In this document: positions 1 to 12,870 of the stretch, one piece after another | Position numbering within the stretch: position 1 is the first letter of the stretch | How the letters are laid out: the number at the start of each line of letters is the position of its first letter | NCBI GenBank assembly: GCA_039621445.1 | Contig: CP154954.1 | Coordinates: 25,742,954-25,806,953 of the forward strand | From: Euglena gracilis | Lineage: Eukaryota | Reading direction: 5' to 3' | DNA length: 64,000 nucleotides | Position numbers and translations under genes: made by a program | Notes under the pieces: generated by a model | Told to the model about the DNA's origin: nothing | The model's database searches: none | What the model saw: the letters and a program-made list of their open reading frames with translations, nothing else

Positions 1-404
1 TGCGATCCCAATCGCGATCATTTGTACCAAAGATGTGAACACTATTTTCGAGCACTGTGCCTGCTCGAACAGAGAAATATCGCAAAGAGAGTGGTTCGAC
101 TTTAGAATTTCTTGAATTTAGTATGTTCTACTTTTCGAGACCCCCGGTATTCCCATCCCAAGAGGCCACTTTATAGTTGGGGGGGGGAATAGTTGGGGGG
201 TCGCTGAGCTCTTATCCCTTTATGGGTAAGCTTACCCCTGGGGGAAAACCACGAACCCCCCTTCCCTCCCCTCAGGGCCACCTCGGGAACCGGCGGATTA
301 TCACCATGATCCCGGCCCCGTTCCCGAAAAAAAAATTTCAGTCGCGAGCGACTGGATTCCTAGTTTCTGAATAACCTGAGTTTGACTCCCAACTCCCCGC
401 CAAA

Positions 405-830
405 AAAATGTCAATTTTCAAAATATCTCCAAAATGAAGCCAAATCAAAGGAAATGTCCGGAGACCTAATTTGAAGCCCTTGGAACGCCCCATCTACCGG
501 TATTTTGATTTCCCCGCAACTCCCCGCCCAGCCCGAGATACGGCCGTTTTCGGCCCCGATGGCCGTTTTGTACACTTTTCCCACTGTCCGACTTAGCCGT
601 TTTCAGGGGGTGGGGGGTCAAAAAATCAATGTTTTCAAAATATCTCGAAAATGAAGCCAAATCAAAGGAAATGTCCGGAGGCCTAAATTGAAGCCCTTGG
701 AATGCCCAATCTACTGGTATTTTGGTTTCCCCGCAACTCACCGCCTAGCCCGAGATACAGCCGTTTTTCGGCCAATTTGGGACATTTTGTACACTTTTTC
801 CACTGTCCGACTTGGCCGTTTTCGGCCAAA
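405..830. repeat. Tandem duplication, two copies of a ~220-bp unit
   Basis: AAAATGAAGCCAAATCAAAGGAAATGTCCGGA...GTACACTTTTCCCACTGTCCGACTT occurs at ~430-600 and again at ~648-820. Confidence 0.8.
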
Positions 831-2199
831 AAAGTCAAAGAAAAACCGAAAAAAAAAAAATTTTGCCCGAAACGATGTTTTTTGGCCTCCCGGACCCGGA
901 AAAACTGTTTTTGGGCCGAAAATGAGCGTTTTTCACCCCGCCAGCGCCCCGTTTTGGGCCGCCAACCCATTCATTGACTTTGGGTCAAACCCGGGTCAAA
1001 AAAAAGTCCAAAAGAATCGAAAAATATTTTTGCCCAAAACGATCTTTTTTGGCCTCCAGGACCCGGGAAAACTGTTTTTGTGCCGAAAATGAGCGTTTTT
1101 TGACCCGTTTTGGGCCCGACACCAATGGACTTAGGGTCATTTTCGGGTCAAAAAAGTCGAAAAATAATTGCCCGAAACGATGTTCTTTGGCCTCCCGGAC
1201 CCGGAAAAGGTGTTTTTTTTGAGCCAAAAATGAGCGTTTTTTGACCCGCCAGTGCCCCGTTTCGGGCACAAAACCCTTGCATTTCAGTCAAAAGACCTCC
1301 ATGGAGTGGGCCGGTTTATGTGGGGGGTCAATGAAGGGGTGGGTGCACGCTTATTAAGAGCTCAGCACTATTCAAAACCTGGTTCCTGTGATTGGAAAGA
1401 AAAATCTCAAAAAAAATCTTGCCCCTTCGCAACGTACCTTCAAAAAATGCCAACCCCCCCCCAACTATTCCCAAAGGCCGAGGGAATAGTTGGGGGGGCA
1501 TCGTAATTCTACAATGTTGCGCTCCTTTGGATTTCGCTGAAATTCGACATGGGAATGTGTCTCTGGCTGTGTCAATCGTTCAAGTAAACTTACCCCTCAA
1601 TCCAAAGCTCTTGTCATCAGACGACTAATGATGACCAGCAAATTCAGCCACGCTGCACAGTGGAGATCAGGCTGTGAACTTTGGGATTTTGGCCCCCCCC
1701 CCCCCCCCCCGGTGAAGTTCACCGTTTGAAAGTTCACCGGGGGGTCCCGGACCTTCCCCCTCCCAACGGTGAACTTCACTGGTGAAGTTTCACCACAAGA
1801 GCACTTTTTTGGCCAAAAATGGCCAAAAATGACATTTTGGGCAAGTTTTCGGAAATTTCGATAAAACTCCAAAGACCAAAATGACCATTTTGAGAGGAAA
1901 AGGACAGGGCTGGATATAGGTATAGGTTGGCAAAAAGACCTATACCTATATGTGGACAACCTATACCAAAACCTATACGTATGTGTCGCCTATATGTCTG
2001 AGAAAAAAAATTAAACACTCACTCATTGCATAATCCATCGGGGTGTGAAGGGGAGTTGTGAGGCCAGAATGCATCAAATACAAAGGCGGGAAGATACGTT
2101 TCATTGTGATAATGGCGGTTCACCGGCAAGAGTCAAGGTGTTTGTCAAGACCAAAACTTTGACACAACATCGTTGAAAAGGTCAGGATCGCCTTGGGAT

Positions 2200-2470
2200 T
2201 CATTTTCCAACAAAATGTCCTCATGGTAGAAAAATTTCTTGGGCTCACGAAGGGATGTCGGGATGAGATTGTCAATTTCACGAAAAGTGCCGTTTCAACA
2301 AATTTTTCATGCAATGCATTCCGTAGAGCTGTCTCCAAAATTTTTTGCACACTGAAAGTGCGCTCCACAGTTGCCTCTGTCACAGCTATGGTGTACAAAA
2401 ATATGGCAAATTCGGCCAATTCTTGAGCCACGTGGAGTTTGCTTTGATTGAAAGGATTCATGCCCGGGGT
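2200..2470 (-). pseudogene. hAT transposase C-terminal dimerisation domain fragment
   Basis: ORF 2120..2551(-) contains ELAEFAIFLYTIAVTEATVERTFSVQKILETALRNALHEKFVETALFVK, matching the hATC pattern LA..l...p.s....ER.FS........R..L. There is no upstream transposase body and the fragment is frameshifted downstream. Confidence 0.8.
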
Positions 2471-3159
2471 GTGGTGTGAGGTGCAAATTGTTTCATTTCC
2501 TCCCCCCCCCCGCTCCTTTAAGACCCCCATTAGCCAATGGGGGGGGGGCAATTACGGGCCGGTGAGGACCCAACCTCAACCCTTTTCTTTCCAACCAATT
2601 CCTTGCCTCTAACCAAAACTACTCAATTTTTTTCCAGCATGGTTGGATTCGTCGTGACTTCCAAATTGGCATCTCTTGTCCCGAGGTCAATTGGCCAATT
2701 GGGAGGGCAAATGGGGGGGACAAGGGTATCGGCAAGTCCATTATAATTTTCACCCCGATACAAATTCAGTTGGCTTTGCCTCAGACACACGCTCTGGGGG
2801 CCATGCGGAAACGTCTCGGCACCATGCATCGGTTGTGGACAAGGTTTGTCAGGAAAGCAAGGGCCTCTTAAGCCTCAGTTAGCCTCTCAACCGCCGCAAC
2901 CCTCCCGCAACGCGACTCACCCTCGATCATAAGAAATGTGGCTGGCCATTATGTTGTTACCTTTGGTGTTTTGTTCATGGTGTGGGTGGATAAGGATCAA
3001 TTTTAAAAAAAAAAAAGATCAAAATTTGAAAAATGGGGGGGATCAAGAAAAGAGAGCTCTTGAGAGTCCAATCCAATCTTTTAGCAACCAATGCATGTCT
3101 CAAACTTGCAGTGCAAGAGGAAAGGGATGGTATGGTCAAATAAATAGCAAACAAATTTC

Positions 3160-3367
3160 TGCCCCTCGTAATGCAGAATGCTACCATTTCCGGGTGATTT
3201 GGGCCCGCCACAGACCATTTTTATGACCACCGACTAGCCACAACTAGTTTGCATAGGATTTTCTTCATGGGGGGGCTTAAAAGTCGGCGGTTTTGACCTG
3301 TTAGTACATTAGAGTGGGTATTTCGACGACTAGTCGGCTGACTACCCAGTACCCCTCCCCCAGTCTA
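3160..3367 (+). mobile_element. Dispersed repeat family A (non-autonomous element end)
   Basis: TAAAAGTCGGCG...GTTAGTACATTAGAGTGGGTAGTCGGCCGACTA...CCCCCAGTCTA also occurs at ~5361-5523, 18430-18521 (reverse) and 23949-24202. Confidence 0.8.
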
Positions 3368-4043
3368 CTGCCCTGCGCCATCCACGGCTGCAACTCTTAA
3401 GGATTCGGCACCACGTAAAACTGACAAAAAATCGTCCACTTGGGGGGGGCTCACTATAATGCACCCGTGAACGGTTCACATGCGCACTATAGTGTATCCG
3501 TGAACGGAATGGGCCGTTTATTTATAATTTTTATAATTTTGTGGCCTCTTCTGCTTCCCCACAGTGTAATGAGCGCCTTGTCAATCTGATGGAAGCCCAG
3601 ATGCCCCCACCTGTGAACGCCCCAAGCGCACCCATGAACGCCAAAAACGTGAGTTTCGTTAGGATACAGCCGCGATTAGGAACCACTAAGCTACTGTGAG
3701 GAAGCCCGTGAATTTGGGTAACAGGTTTTATAAGAAAAAATTGTGGGTGTAACCCGTTATACGGCCCGTACACGGGTTACACCCACGATTTTATCTGTAA
3801 CCGTGTATAACCGTGGACTCAGAGGCCCGGCGCCTGCCCTGTATATCGTGGATTGGCTTCACGCATTGCAGGTGGTTTTGAGAGCGTTTTTTGGAAAAAA
3901 TTCAGTCCACGTGCCGCCTGCACTGTAATTCGTGGACTTAGTCCACGAAATACAGTGCAGGCGTCGGGGGGGGGGGGGGGTCGGCGCCTGCACTGTATTT
4001 CGTGGACTGAAACCCTGTGTCTCCTGGTCTCTTTTCTTTGCTA

Positions 4044-4910
4044 ATGGCAAAACGCGCGGCTATTATCATGGACAGGATGCTCCCTCGTCCCCAGAAAACT
4101 TCTGAATTTTTGGCCGTGTTGGAGAAAGTCATCGACGACAAGAAGAAACCCACCTGTTGTCGATCCGGTTCACGGGACTCTTGCTCCAACAAGCAACAGC
4201 AAAACAGCCACATGGATCAGAAAATCAGGAGGCTTGTGCCTTGGAATTCCATCAGCTGTGTCAAGACCTGCAGGCAGTGAACGATAATCTGGATGACTTT
4301 TTTGTTGCCTGGGCCGGCTGGATGATTGATCCAGTTTGTTGGTTGAGGGCGCTGCCCAGATCAGGCAACAGTGGGATCAACGGTGGGCACAGGCCGGTCA
4401 AAGATTCAGAGCCAACGCATTGAAAGCATCCTCCTTCCGCGGCTACCTGAATGCCATGGGGCGTGTGTGCTCTTCAGCGAAGCCAAAAACCCAAGTGGTG
4501 CCTTCCTCCAACTCCCAGTTTCCAAAGTTCCAGCGGTTCTTTCAGTCTGCTTACACCCGTGAACTCACCAAAAAAGCGGCAAACGAGGCTGTGCACCCCC
4601 CAAGAAATTTTACAAGACGACAAGTTGCCATGGGTGTTGCAGGAAGTGGACGCTTTGAGGCCCAACGGTGTATGAGGAAACTGGCTCTTCCGATCGGCGA
4701 ACTTGTTGGACAACTCCTGCAAACGCTGCCGTCGGAGGAGACGTTTCGTGGAGTGGCAACCTGGGTGTCGGGAGTTGTCGGACGTCGTTTAACTTTCAAG
4801 AACGTTGCACGACGTGCGGCAATGACCCGCTTGGCAAATTCGCCGGACGTGTTGCTCGAAGATGTAGCCAAGTATTTCAAGGTGCACAGAAATACAGTGG
4901 CCAGTGTATT
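4044..4910 (+). pseudogene. Crypton-like tyrosine recombinase, frameshifted and internally deleted
   Basis: Spread over three frames: MAKRAAIIMDRMLPRPQKTSEFLAVLEKV; LEFHQLCQDLQAVNDNLDDFFVAWAGW; ALKASSFRGYLNAMGRV...QFPKFQRFF (resembles the Crypton core-binding domain); LTFKNVARRAAMTRLANSPDVLLEDVAKYFKVHRNTVA (resembles YR box II, with GTG TAT = V-Y one base out of frame). Family call is by motif resemblance only. Confidence 0.55.
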
Positions 4911-5798
4911 GAGCATGCTGCATCGTGTGCATTTTTATTGGACCCGAAGGAAAGGCCACACAATAATAAGGAGGACGCAGAAAGAAAACTCCCCCCTCCA
5001 CCCCCACCCGTGCCTCAAAAACAAAATCCCTTCTACGTTTGCAACATACTCGGGGTCTAAGTCGTTTTTGTGGCTCACTGTGTCATAGGAGGGGGAGGCT
5101 CCCCCCCGCACCCCCCCTCAAATAACAAAATGTCTTTTTATGTCGGCAACACACTTGGAGGGATAAGACCTTTTTTTGTGCGAAATTTTGACATTATATT
5201 GAAAATCCAATGGGGAGAGGTGTTCTTTTGCCAATAGTGGTCCAAAATGACATTTCCCCCCAAGATTTTGCATATTCACCCCCGATTGGGGGGTTCTGGA
5301 GCCATTTGGGTGGGTTTTGACTGGTGTTGAGGTGATTTGGACAAAAGTTTTTTTCAGGATTAAAAGTCGGCGATACTGACCCGTTAGTACATTAGAGTGG
5401 GTAGTCGGCCGCAACTACCCACTACCCCCTCCCCACCCCGTCTCGCCGACTAGCTACCGACTAGGCCTGGTCGGCCGACCAGTTGAGTAGTCAGCCGACT
5501 ACCCACTACCCCCCCCCCAGTCTAACGTTCGGCACTGCCGAGGATGCCCTTTTGGGCTCCCTCCCCAGCAGTGGTGAAAATGATGCAATAGGCCCTAAGA
5601 AAAATGCCCCTTTGAAGTGTTTTTGGGAGTACATTGAAATTTGCTCCCGGCGCGCTGTTGTTTTTGGATCCTTGGGCGATGTTTTTTTTGGGATGGGCAG
5701 GATGGTGCATTCATGCGCGTGAACTTTTCAAAACGCAGCAAGAATGCATGCCAGTGCTTTCAGTGACACTGCCGTCCAGGCTACTAAAAGTATTCGTT

Positions 5799-6240
5799 GG
5801 AGGCTAGGCGCGCCGCTGGGGGGGTCGTGACCCCTCCCCTCCCCCCCCCCACGCGGGCGGCCCCGCGCGGCCGCCCGCGTGGCCGCTCGCCCCCCCCCTG
5901 CACCCCCCTCCCCCCACTGTGCCTAGCATACCCAAGAAAAAAATTTGCGAAAAATTGCGACTTTTTTGAGGCCCAAAAATGGCCAAAAATGACCATTTTC
6001 GGACATAAAATGGCAAATTGGGGGGACGCGCGCTCTGCACGCAGCCAAAAAAGCATTTTTTTTATCAAAAAATGACCCAAAAATGACCACTTTTTGGACC
6101 CGAAAATCACCGATTTTTGGATGCGCGCCCGCAGCGGCCGCCCTCGGTCCCCCCCCCCCCCCCCCCCCCCCCTCCCCCCCGCGTGGCCGCTTCCCCCCCC
6201 CCTCACCCCTAATCCCCCCCCCCCGCTGTGCCTAACCTCC
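5799..6240. mobile_element. MITE with 3-bp TSD (PIF/Harbinger-like)
   Basis: TIR GGAGGCTAGG...CCTAACCTCC; GTT on both sides (5796-5798, 6241-6243); truncated relative at ~14875-15075. Confidence 0.75.
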
Positions 6241-7419
6241 GTTGTACTCTATGTGGTGAAGTATACCACTTTCTTAGGCGCCCAGGTCTGATGGCATTTT
6301 CTCCCTTCTGGTCAGGGCGAGAACACCCCAACCTAAATGCCCAGACCCCAAGAAGTTCACGATCCACCTCCCTTGCGGTTTTTCAATTGTGGGTTTTTCA
6401 ATTCTACCGCCACTCACTGAATCTGCAGGCTCGCTGACGCCCTTTCCAAAAGCTTGCCCACGCGCCACTTTCATTTGTTCAAACCGAGTTCAGCACGCTG
6501 CCAAGTCCAAGCCGAATCACAGCTCGGGTAGGCAGTGCTCCAGCACTGTGCCCTGACCTCGATGCAACGTGGCCCTCAAGGCGCAAATCGGGGGAGAGAA
6601 ATTTTGCCTGCATCCCCCTGGATGAACAGAGAACATCAACCTCTTTTGCATACAGCTAGAATGGCTTGACAGACATATAAAAAGCGTTCCGAGGGGCAGA
6701 TTTTTTCTTACTGAGGGAAAATGGCCACCCATCGACAGAGGCAGCCCTGAGCAAAAATCCGGAGTGGGTGTAGCACACATGCTACCTTACCCTAGAAAAC
6801 AGGAGTATGACCAAAACAATTTTCGAAGTTGCCATGGGTAGGTATCTGAAGCGGTGTGCAGCCGAAATGAATACTTCACTGGTGTTTTGCTGGATTCTCA
6901 ACGACGAGGAAGTGCAAGGGGTTTGCCAGGTATTGCCAAATTGAAGGGACAGCGCTGAGGAAAACGGCTGTGCCTTGCTGAAAATACATTTGACACAGGC
7001 ACTCAGCCGATATCAGGGTGGACCTTCCACCAATCTGAAGAACGACACACAAAAAATGGAACGCTGTATGTGAAAATGACAGATGATTCGCTTTCATATG
7101 TCAAAAAGAAGGAGGTGTTCATGTAACCGCGATGTAACCGCGATCTGAACAAGGCGTTGCACAAAGTCTCAAAGCGACCCCCATATCGGGCACCCCACTC
7201 TGGTGACACACCGAGTGCGGCACAGAAAGAGGTCAAACTGCGGGTCAACCGCTGAGAGAGGAACTGCGGGCCCTCATGGTCTGAGCCCCACTCATCAACA
7301 ACTGCCCCCTCGTGTTCAGGAGCGGAAGCATACTGGACAGTGGGTGTGGGCACGGGGGCAGTTGTTGATAAGGAACTCGACTGAGGGAAATGTGACCAGG
7401 GTCCAAACGGCTCATAACG

Positions 7420-7943
7420 CAAGCGGCGGTCGAGGTCGAAAATCCAAACACCGAACAACGCCCTTACGCAATGTGCGAGCCTTTCATGACCACCCGCTTC
7501 TTTGCCATTCCAAGCATGCCTCATGATTGCAAAAGGATATGCAATGCAATGCGTGCTCCCCGTGCCCTCGATAATAGGAATGCATTTCGTTGTACAATTT
7601 TGTCCTTCCTGGCATAGTCCTCCCGTGCAGTTTCCAAAGTGGCGCAACAATGTGAGACCTTCCGGAATACGCAATCCGAAAGGCAAACCTCTCTTTGTTC
7701 CATATGCTTCCATGGGCAACACTCCCTCCAAATTTGCGAATCACTCATTGTGCCCAAATGGGGTCCGATTGGCGGAAAAATGATGTCCCCAAGCAAGGAG
7801 GTCAAAAGTGTCACTTTCCAAACAGGACCGGCATATTTGGGGTTGAATGTGTAATCATGAAGGGTCTCTGTGTGGATTGGTACACTGTCCACTGTGCACG
7901 TGACGTAGTGCGGGAAATGCGGAACGTGATTGAATTGATTCAA
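7420..7943 (-). pseudogene. PIF/Harbinger (IS5-like DDE) transposase relic
   Basis: TVDSVPI...FNPKYAGPVWKVTLLTSLLGDIIFPPIGPHLGTMSDSQIW...CLSD, then after a frameshift LYNEMHSYYRGHGEH (YN..HS..R...E signature). Confidence 0.75.
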
Positions 7944-8007
7944 ACGATCCCCATGTAACCGCGATGTAACCGCGATGTAACCGCGATCTGAACACCTCCG
8001 AAAGGCC

Positions 8008-8193
8008 AGTACCCCCCCCCTTATTGTCCCTCCCCCCTTATTGTCCCTGGGCCTCGGCCGACGGGGCGGGGGGGGGGGGGGGTTGGCACGGCCAATGAAA
8101 TTCCTTTGGTACGGTCTTATTGTCCCCCCCCCTTAATGCCCGATCGGGCCTCCCGGGGGCAGGTTGGTGGGACAATAAGGGGGGGGGGGTACT
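8008..8193. mobile_element. Short MITE, probably Tc1/mariner type
   Basis: TIR AGTACCCCCCCCCCTTATTGTCCC / GGGACAATAAGGGGGGGGGGGTACT. Confidence 0.75.
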
Positions 8194-9782
8194 CACTACA
8201 AGTTATTATGTTATGACTCAGGCAGGCATAAATTACTGGGTTGCAGCGCCGTGTGGATCGGCTTATGTGTGGCCATACTTGGTTTTTTTTGTTTTTTTTA
8301 TAATAAAAAAAACGTGTTTTTTTTGAAAAAAACACCAAAAAAAAAAAACACAAAGGAAATTTTATAGGAAATTTTCATTTGGAAATGCCCGAAACCCGTT
8401 TTGATTCCTAATGAGTTTTTTTGACCCCCAAAAATGCCCCCAAAAGGTCGAAAAAAGCGAAATTCAGAACGCCAAAAAAAAAACATAAAAAACAAAAGGG
8501 AAATTTCATTGACCTTTTGATGAAACATTTCATTGACCTCTTGATAAAATGTGCTGTGATGGGAACCAGATGGAAAAGAAGGATGTTTTTTTTATCACCC
8601 AAAAAAATTTCCCCCAAAACCTTGTGGGCGTTTTTTTTGTTTTTTTTTAAGAAACATTGTTAGAATTACAAAAAAAACAAAGTCCAAAAAAAAAAGGTTG
8701 CCAACTATGTGTGTGGCATCGAGAAAATCAAAAAAAGCTAGGAATCCCCATAGCTAAAATTAGGAATTTGATAGCAAATCAGGAATCACCATCCCCAAAT
8801 TTGCAAAATTTATGTCTCAAAATTAGGAATCTACATAAATATTTTGTCAAATTAGGAATCACTGGCCAAAAAATTTTCGAAAAATTTTGGCCGAAAAGGG
8901 TCTTTGTTCGGGTCACCGGGGGGGTCACGGGGGGGGGGGTCACGGGGGAAACACCCCCCTTGAAAGGTCACTTCCTCAGAGTAAATTTGCATGCAAATGT
9001 CGGCATAGGCTCAGGTTTCACGGCCTAAAATTTCAATGGAACAAAGGAATGGCAAAAAAAAAATTTAATTCTTGCCCACGCACGTGGGCAAGAATTAAAT
9101 TTTCAAAGGGGCTTTAAGCTGGCCCTTTAGACCGTCAGAATTCTCCAACAATTAAGGCATCCAGGTTGACGATGACACTGCAACAGAAAAAAGAGCTTGC
9201 CGTCATGAATGAAGAGGTATGCTGCCAATCCAATAACTCAAGACGTGAATGAGGCCAAAAAGGGAATCCCAAATGGACATGCCAAAACTTTTGTGACCTC
9301 GAAAGTGGAGAACGTGGAACAGAAACGTGATGAACGTTGTCTTCAGCTGTGCAACCGAGGAATGTGTGCAATCTGTACGTTGGGCGACTTGCACCGCAAA
9401 TCACTTGTTTTTGGAAACAAAAAATTACGTACACCATTGGGATTTGATACTGTGCTTTCAAAGGCTGTGTTTGTAGGGTATTCCAAGTTTTCATTCCTTT
9501 GAGACCACGTTTATTCCGTCCTTCTTGAGGTTTGAATGCTGAATTTTGCTGTGAAGCAAAAACTGTTGCCAGATTCATTCTTGTTATTTCTTTTTAATTC
9601 TTCTTATTAAAAAAAATTGCAAGTTTACATCTTTTGTTATTTTGGCAGCTGATACTTTTTGGGGCAGTACTTAATATCTTTCCGTTACATGTGGATTCCT
9701 TCCAATGACGTTGTGACCGGGGGCGCCGAAGGCGCCCCCAGTTTTCCTGGTAAAAAAAGCGGGATCAGAACACGAAACAATG

Positions 9783-10523
9783 TTGAAACTGTGTTAAGAG
9801 TCCACAATGTACACCGGTAGTGAAAACCGTGTTCAAGTCCACGTGATTCGAGCAAAAAAATGCCGATTATAGTGAACACGTGTACAAAAACGGGGTACCT
9901 TGGTACATTGCAATTGTACCGGGTTACAAACACTACAATGAAAATGTAACGTGTTCGTAACACGTGTACATTGCACGTGTTTACTCTTTTTGGTAACATG
10001 TGTACATTGCAGGAAAGCGTGTTTACTCTTTTTTTTTTGAGCCTGGCTAACCTCGCTGAGGCCCACATGCCTGCCCCTCCCACTGTTAAGCAGTTTGTGG
10101 AAGCCCTCCAAAAGGTGAAATCATTCTGGTTATGCTGTCACCCTGTAAAATATTTTTCATTCATAACACGGTACAACGCAAATGTACCGTGTTCGCAACA
10201 CGTGTACATTGTACGGAAAGCGTGTTTACTCTTTTTGGTAACACGTGTACATTGCAGGAAAGCATGTTTACTCTTTCGGTAACACGTGTACATTGTATGG
10301 AAAGCGTGTTTACTCTTTTTGGTAACACGTGTACATTGCAGGAAAATGTGTTTACTCTTTTGGTAACACGTGTACATTGTGCGGAAAGCATGTTTACTCT
10401 TTTTGGTAACACGTGTACATTGCACGGAAAGCGTGTTACAAACACATCTACACCACCGCTGTACACGTGGATTGAACACGGTTTTCACGGCCGGTGTACA
10501 TCGTGGACTTAACACGGTTTCAA
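9783..10523. mobile_element. Non-autonomous TIR element with internal ~41-bp tandem array and a remnant of the recombinase N-terminus
   Basis: ~60-bp TIRs (TTGAAACTGTGTTAAGAGTCCAC... / ...GTGGACTTAACACGGTTTCAA); unit GTAACACGTGTACATTGCAGGAAAGCGTGTTTACTCTTTTTG about 8 times; SLANLAEAHMPAPPTVKQFVEALQKV at 10040-10120. Confidence 0.75.
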
Positions 10524-10559
10524 AAAAATAGCCAAATTGAGGCACTGTAGCAGATGTCG

Positions 10560-10700
10560 ACCAAAGACTGCCCTGAGACCCTTCGGAAAATACACTGTCC
10601 TCGACACGAGGAATGCAATATGTTTGCAAAGCCCCTTATTTCTTCCTACCAAAAGCATTCAAAATCACATCAAAACTTGGGACATATTACTCACTCTAAT
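10560..10700 (-). pseudogene. Possible MULE transposase SWIM zinc-finger relic
   Basis: Minus strand reads CDFECFW then, after a frameshift, KGLCKHIAF, resembling CxCx(n)CKH; heavily decayed. Confidence 0.3.
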
Positions 10701-12007
10701 TCATTCGTCATTAAACACTTTTCCACAAAGTTCAAAACAATACTTCAAGAACAACTACCGGTTTCTCAATGCCTCTGCCCGTGTAAAATGCCCAAGTTCA
10801 GTATTGCACACAAAAGATTTTGCAAGGTTCCCAAAATGCAAATTCATTTGACGTCCACCAAGATTCCATCACCTCTCAGCTCTTTGTCATTTGAGATTGC
10901 CCATGAGTTTTGGTGGAGCACGCCGTCGGCCAACCGTCGGCCAGGCATGTGACTCACAGGAAAATGAGGTCCACATCCTTGTGGTGGTGAATCTCAATAA
11001 CCTCCCTTCAAGGTCATGTTTATTGTTGTTGGAGGTTACGTTTTGGGTTGCAATTGGGATTTTTTGCATTTTTTTTTGGACATTTTGGCAATTTTGGCCA
11101 ATTCCAACCAATTTGGTCTAGTTCGGGTCAATTTCATGGTCATCTTGAGGGATTTTCACCTGAAAAATCATGCTGCTTTAAACGACCTAACAATGGCACA
11201 ACTACTGTCCTGTGTGCTGTATTGTAAAGCGGCAAAAAAATGGCCCAGACGAACCCTAATGGTTGAAAGTGGTTGAATTTTTGTGTAAACAATTCAAAAC
11301 AAACCAAAATCACCCAAAATGGGCATTGGACATTCAAAATTAGGGTGGGGGTGGTGCGGGTCACGTGGGGGTCACGGGGGGGTCACGGGGGAAGTATGCC
11401 ACTTTGGAGGTAGTCGGGAGGCAGCATCCATGACGTTGCATCCTATCATGAGAAGGGCGGCACACATCCTAAAATCGGTGATTTTTGGTCCAAAAAAGTG
11501 GTCATTTTTGGCCATTCTTGGGCCATTTTTTGAACAAAAAAACTGCTTTTTGGTACGAAAGTGGTCTTTTTTTTTGATGATTGTTATGTCCGATATTGTC
11601 ATTTTTTTCCATTTTTTGAAAGGGAATTTTGTCAGGATTTTCTTGACTGTCGCATTTTTAGGGAGCATTTTGGGCTTAAAAAAATGGCCCAAAGCCATTT
11701 TTTTGAAAAAAAATGGCCCAAAATGGCCATTTTGAAAAAATGGCCAAAAAAGTCTGTTCTGGGTGTGGAAATGCACCAACGTTAGGCACTTGGGCCATTT
11801 TGGGTGTGAAAGTGCGTTGAGCGTTGGGTGCCAAAAAGGGTTTCGGCTGTCCAAATGGAAGGTGGGGTGAGGACCATTCTTTTCTGTTTTGGGGGGGTTT
11901 CTTCCACAAAAATTTCATGTTTCCCCACCCCCCCTTTTTGCCATGAAATTCTTTCCCACTTATGCAATTACCTGTTTTGCCAATGGGACATATTTTGGGT
12001 CAAATTC

Positions 12008-12870
12008 ATACGCCAAAAAAGCGCCATTGCTTGGGTCGAAAATTGTTTCACCTCAAATCTTGGCATTTCTTTCCATTTTTGACCATGTCAAGGCAAATTT
12101 TGGATGGTTTCAACCAGAAAATTGATGAAAAACGACCAAAGCCGCCACCTACATCAAAAAGCAGGCTGAAATAATGATGAAGGTTGATGCATTGTCTGAA
12201 AATCGAAGGCTCGATTCTCGGGTCACGGGGGGGTCACGGGGGGAGTCACGTGGGGGGGGGTCACGGGGGTAGCGCCCCCAAAAAAATGTTGCTACGTGAA
12301 GGGGGTGGTGCGGGTCACGGAGGGGTCACGGGGGGGGGTCACGGGGGAAATATGCCACTTTGGATCAATGGGACATATTTGGGTCAAATTCCTACGGGAC
12401 GCGGGGGGGGGGCGCGGGGGGGGACGCGGGGGAGAACTCTGGCCCAACAACCTCCGCACGTTTTCTTTTGTGTCACCTAAATTTCTATGCAAATTTCCTT
12501 TGGCCGACCAAAAAATGTGCCCGGCCAAAATCTGGGACGCGGGGGGGACGCGGGGGGGGGGGACGCGGGGGGGGGACGCAGGGGGCGGAGGAACAACCCC
12601 CTACGCCAAAAAGGCACCATTGCTTGGGTCGAAAATTGTTTCACCTCAAATCTTGGCATTTCTTTCCATTTTTGACCATGTCAAGGCAAATTTTGGATGG
12701 TTTCAACCAGAAAATTGATGCGACCAAAGCCGCCACCTACATCAAAAAGCAGGCTGAAATAATGAATGAAAAGAAAGGCTGAAGTGATGAAGGTTGATGC
12801 ATTGTCTGAAAATTGAAGGCTCGATTCTCGGGTCACGGGGGGTCACGGGGGGAGTCACGGGGGGGGGGGG
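12008..12870. repeat. Duplicated ~250-bp segment within a GGTCACGGGG-rich repeat family
   Basis: 12008-12260 is nearly identical to 12603-12870; GGTCACG motif clusters also at 8910-8950, 11358-11390 and 28785-28825. Confidence 0.8.

Noticed and set aside
7560-7580. SYYRG peptide as a displaced Rab4 exon
   Set aside because: It is part of the Harbinger YN..HS..R motif.
9955-10440. 41-bp palindromic array as a CRISPR or guide array
   Set aside because: Units are contiguous with no unique spacers.
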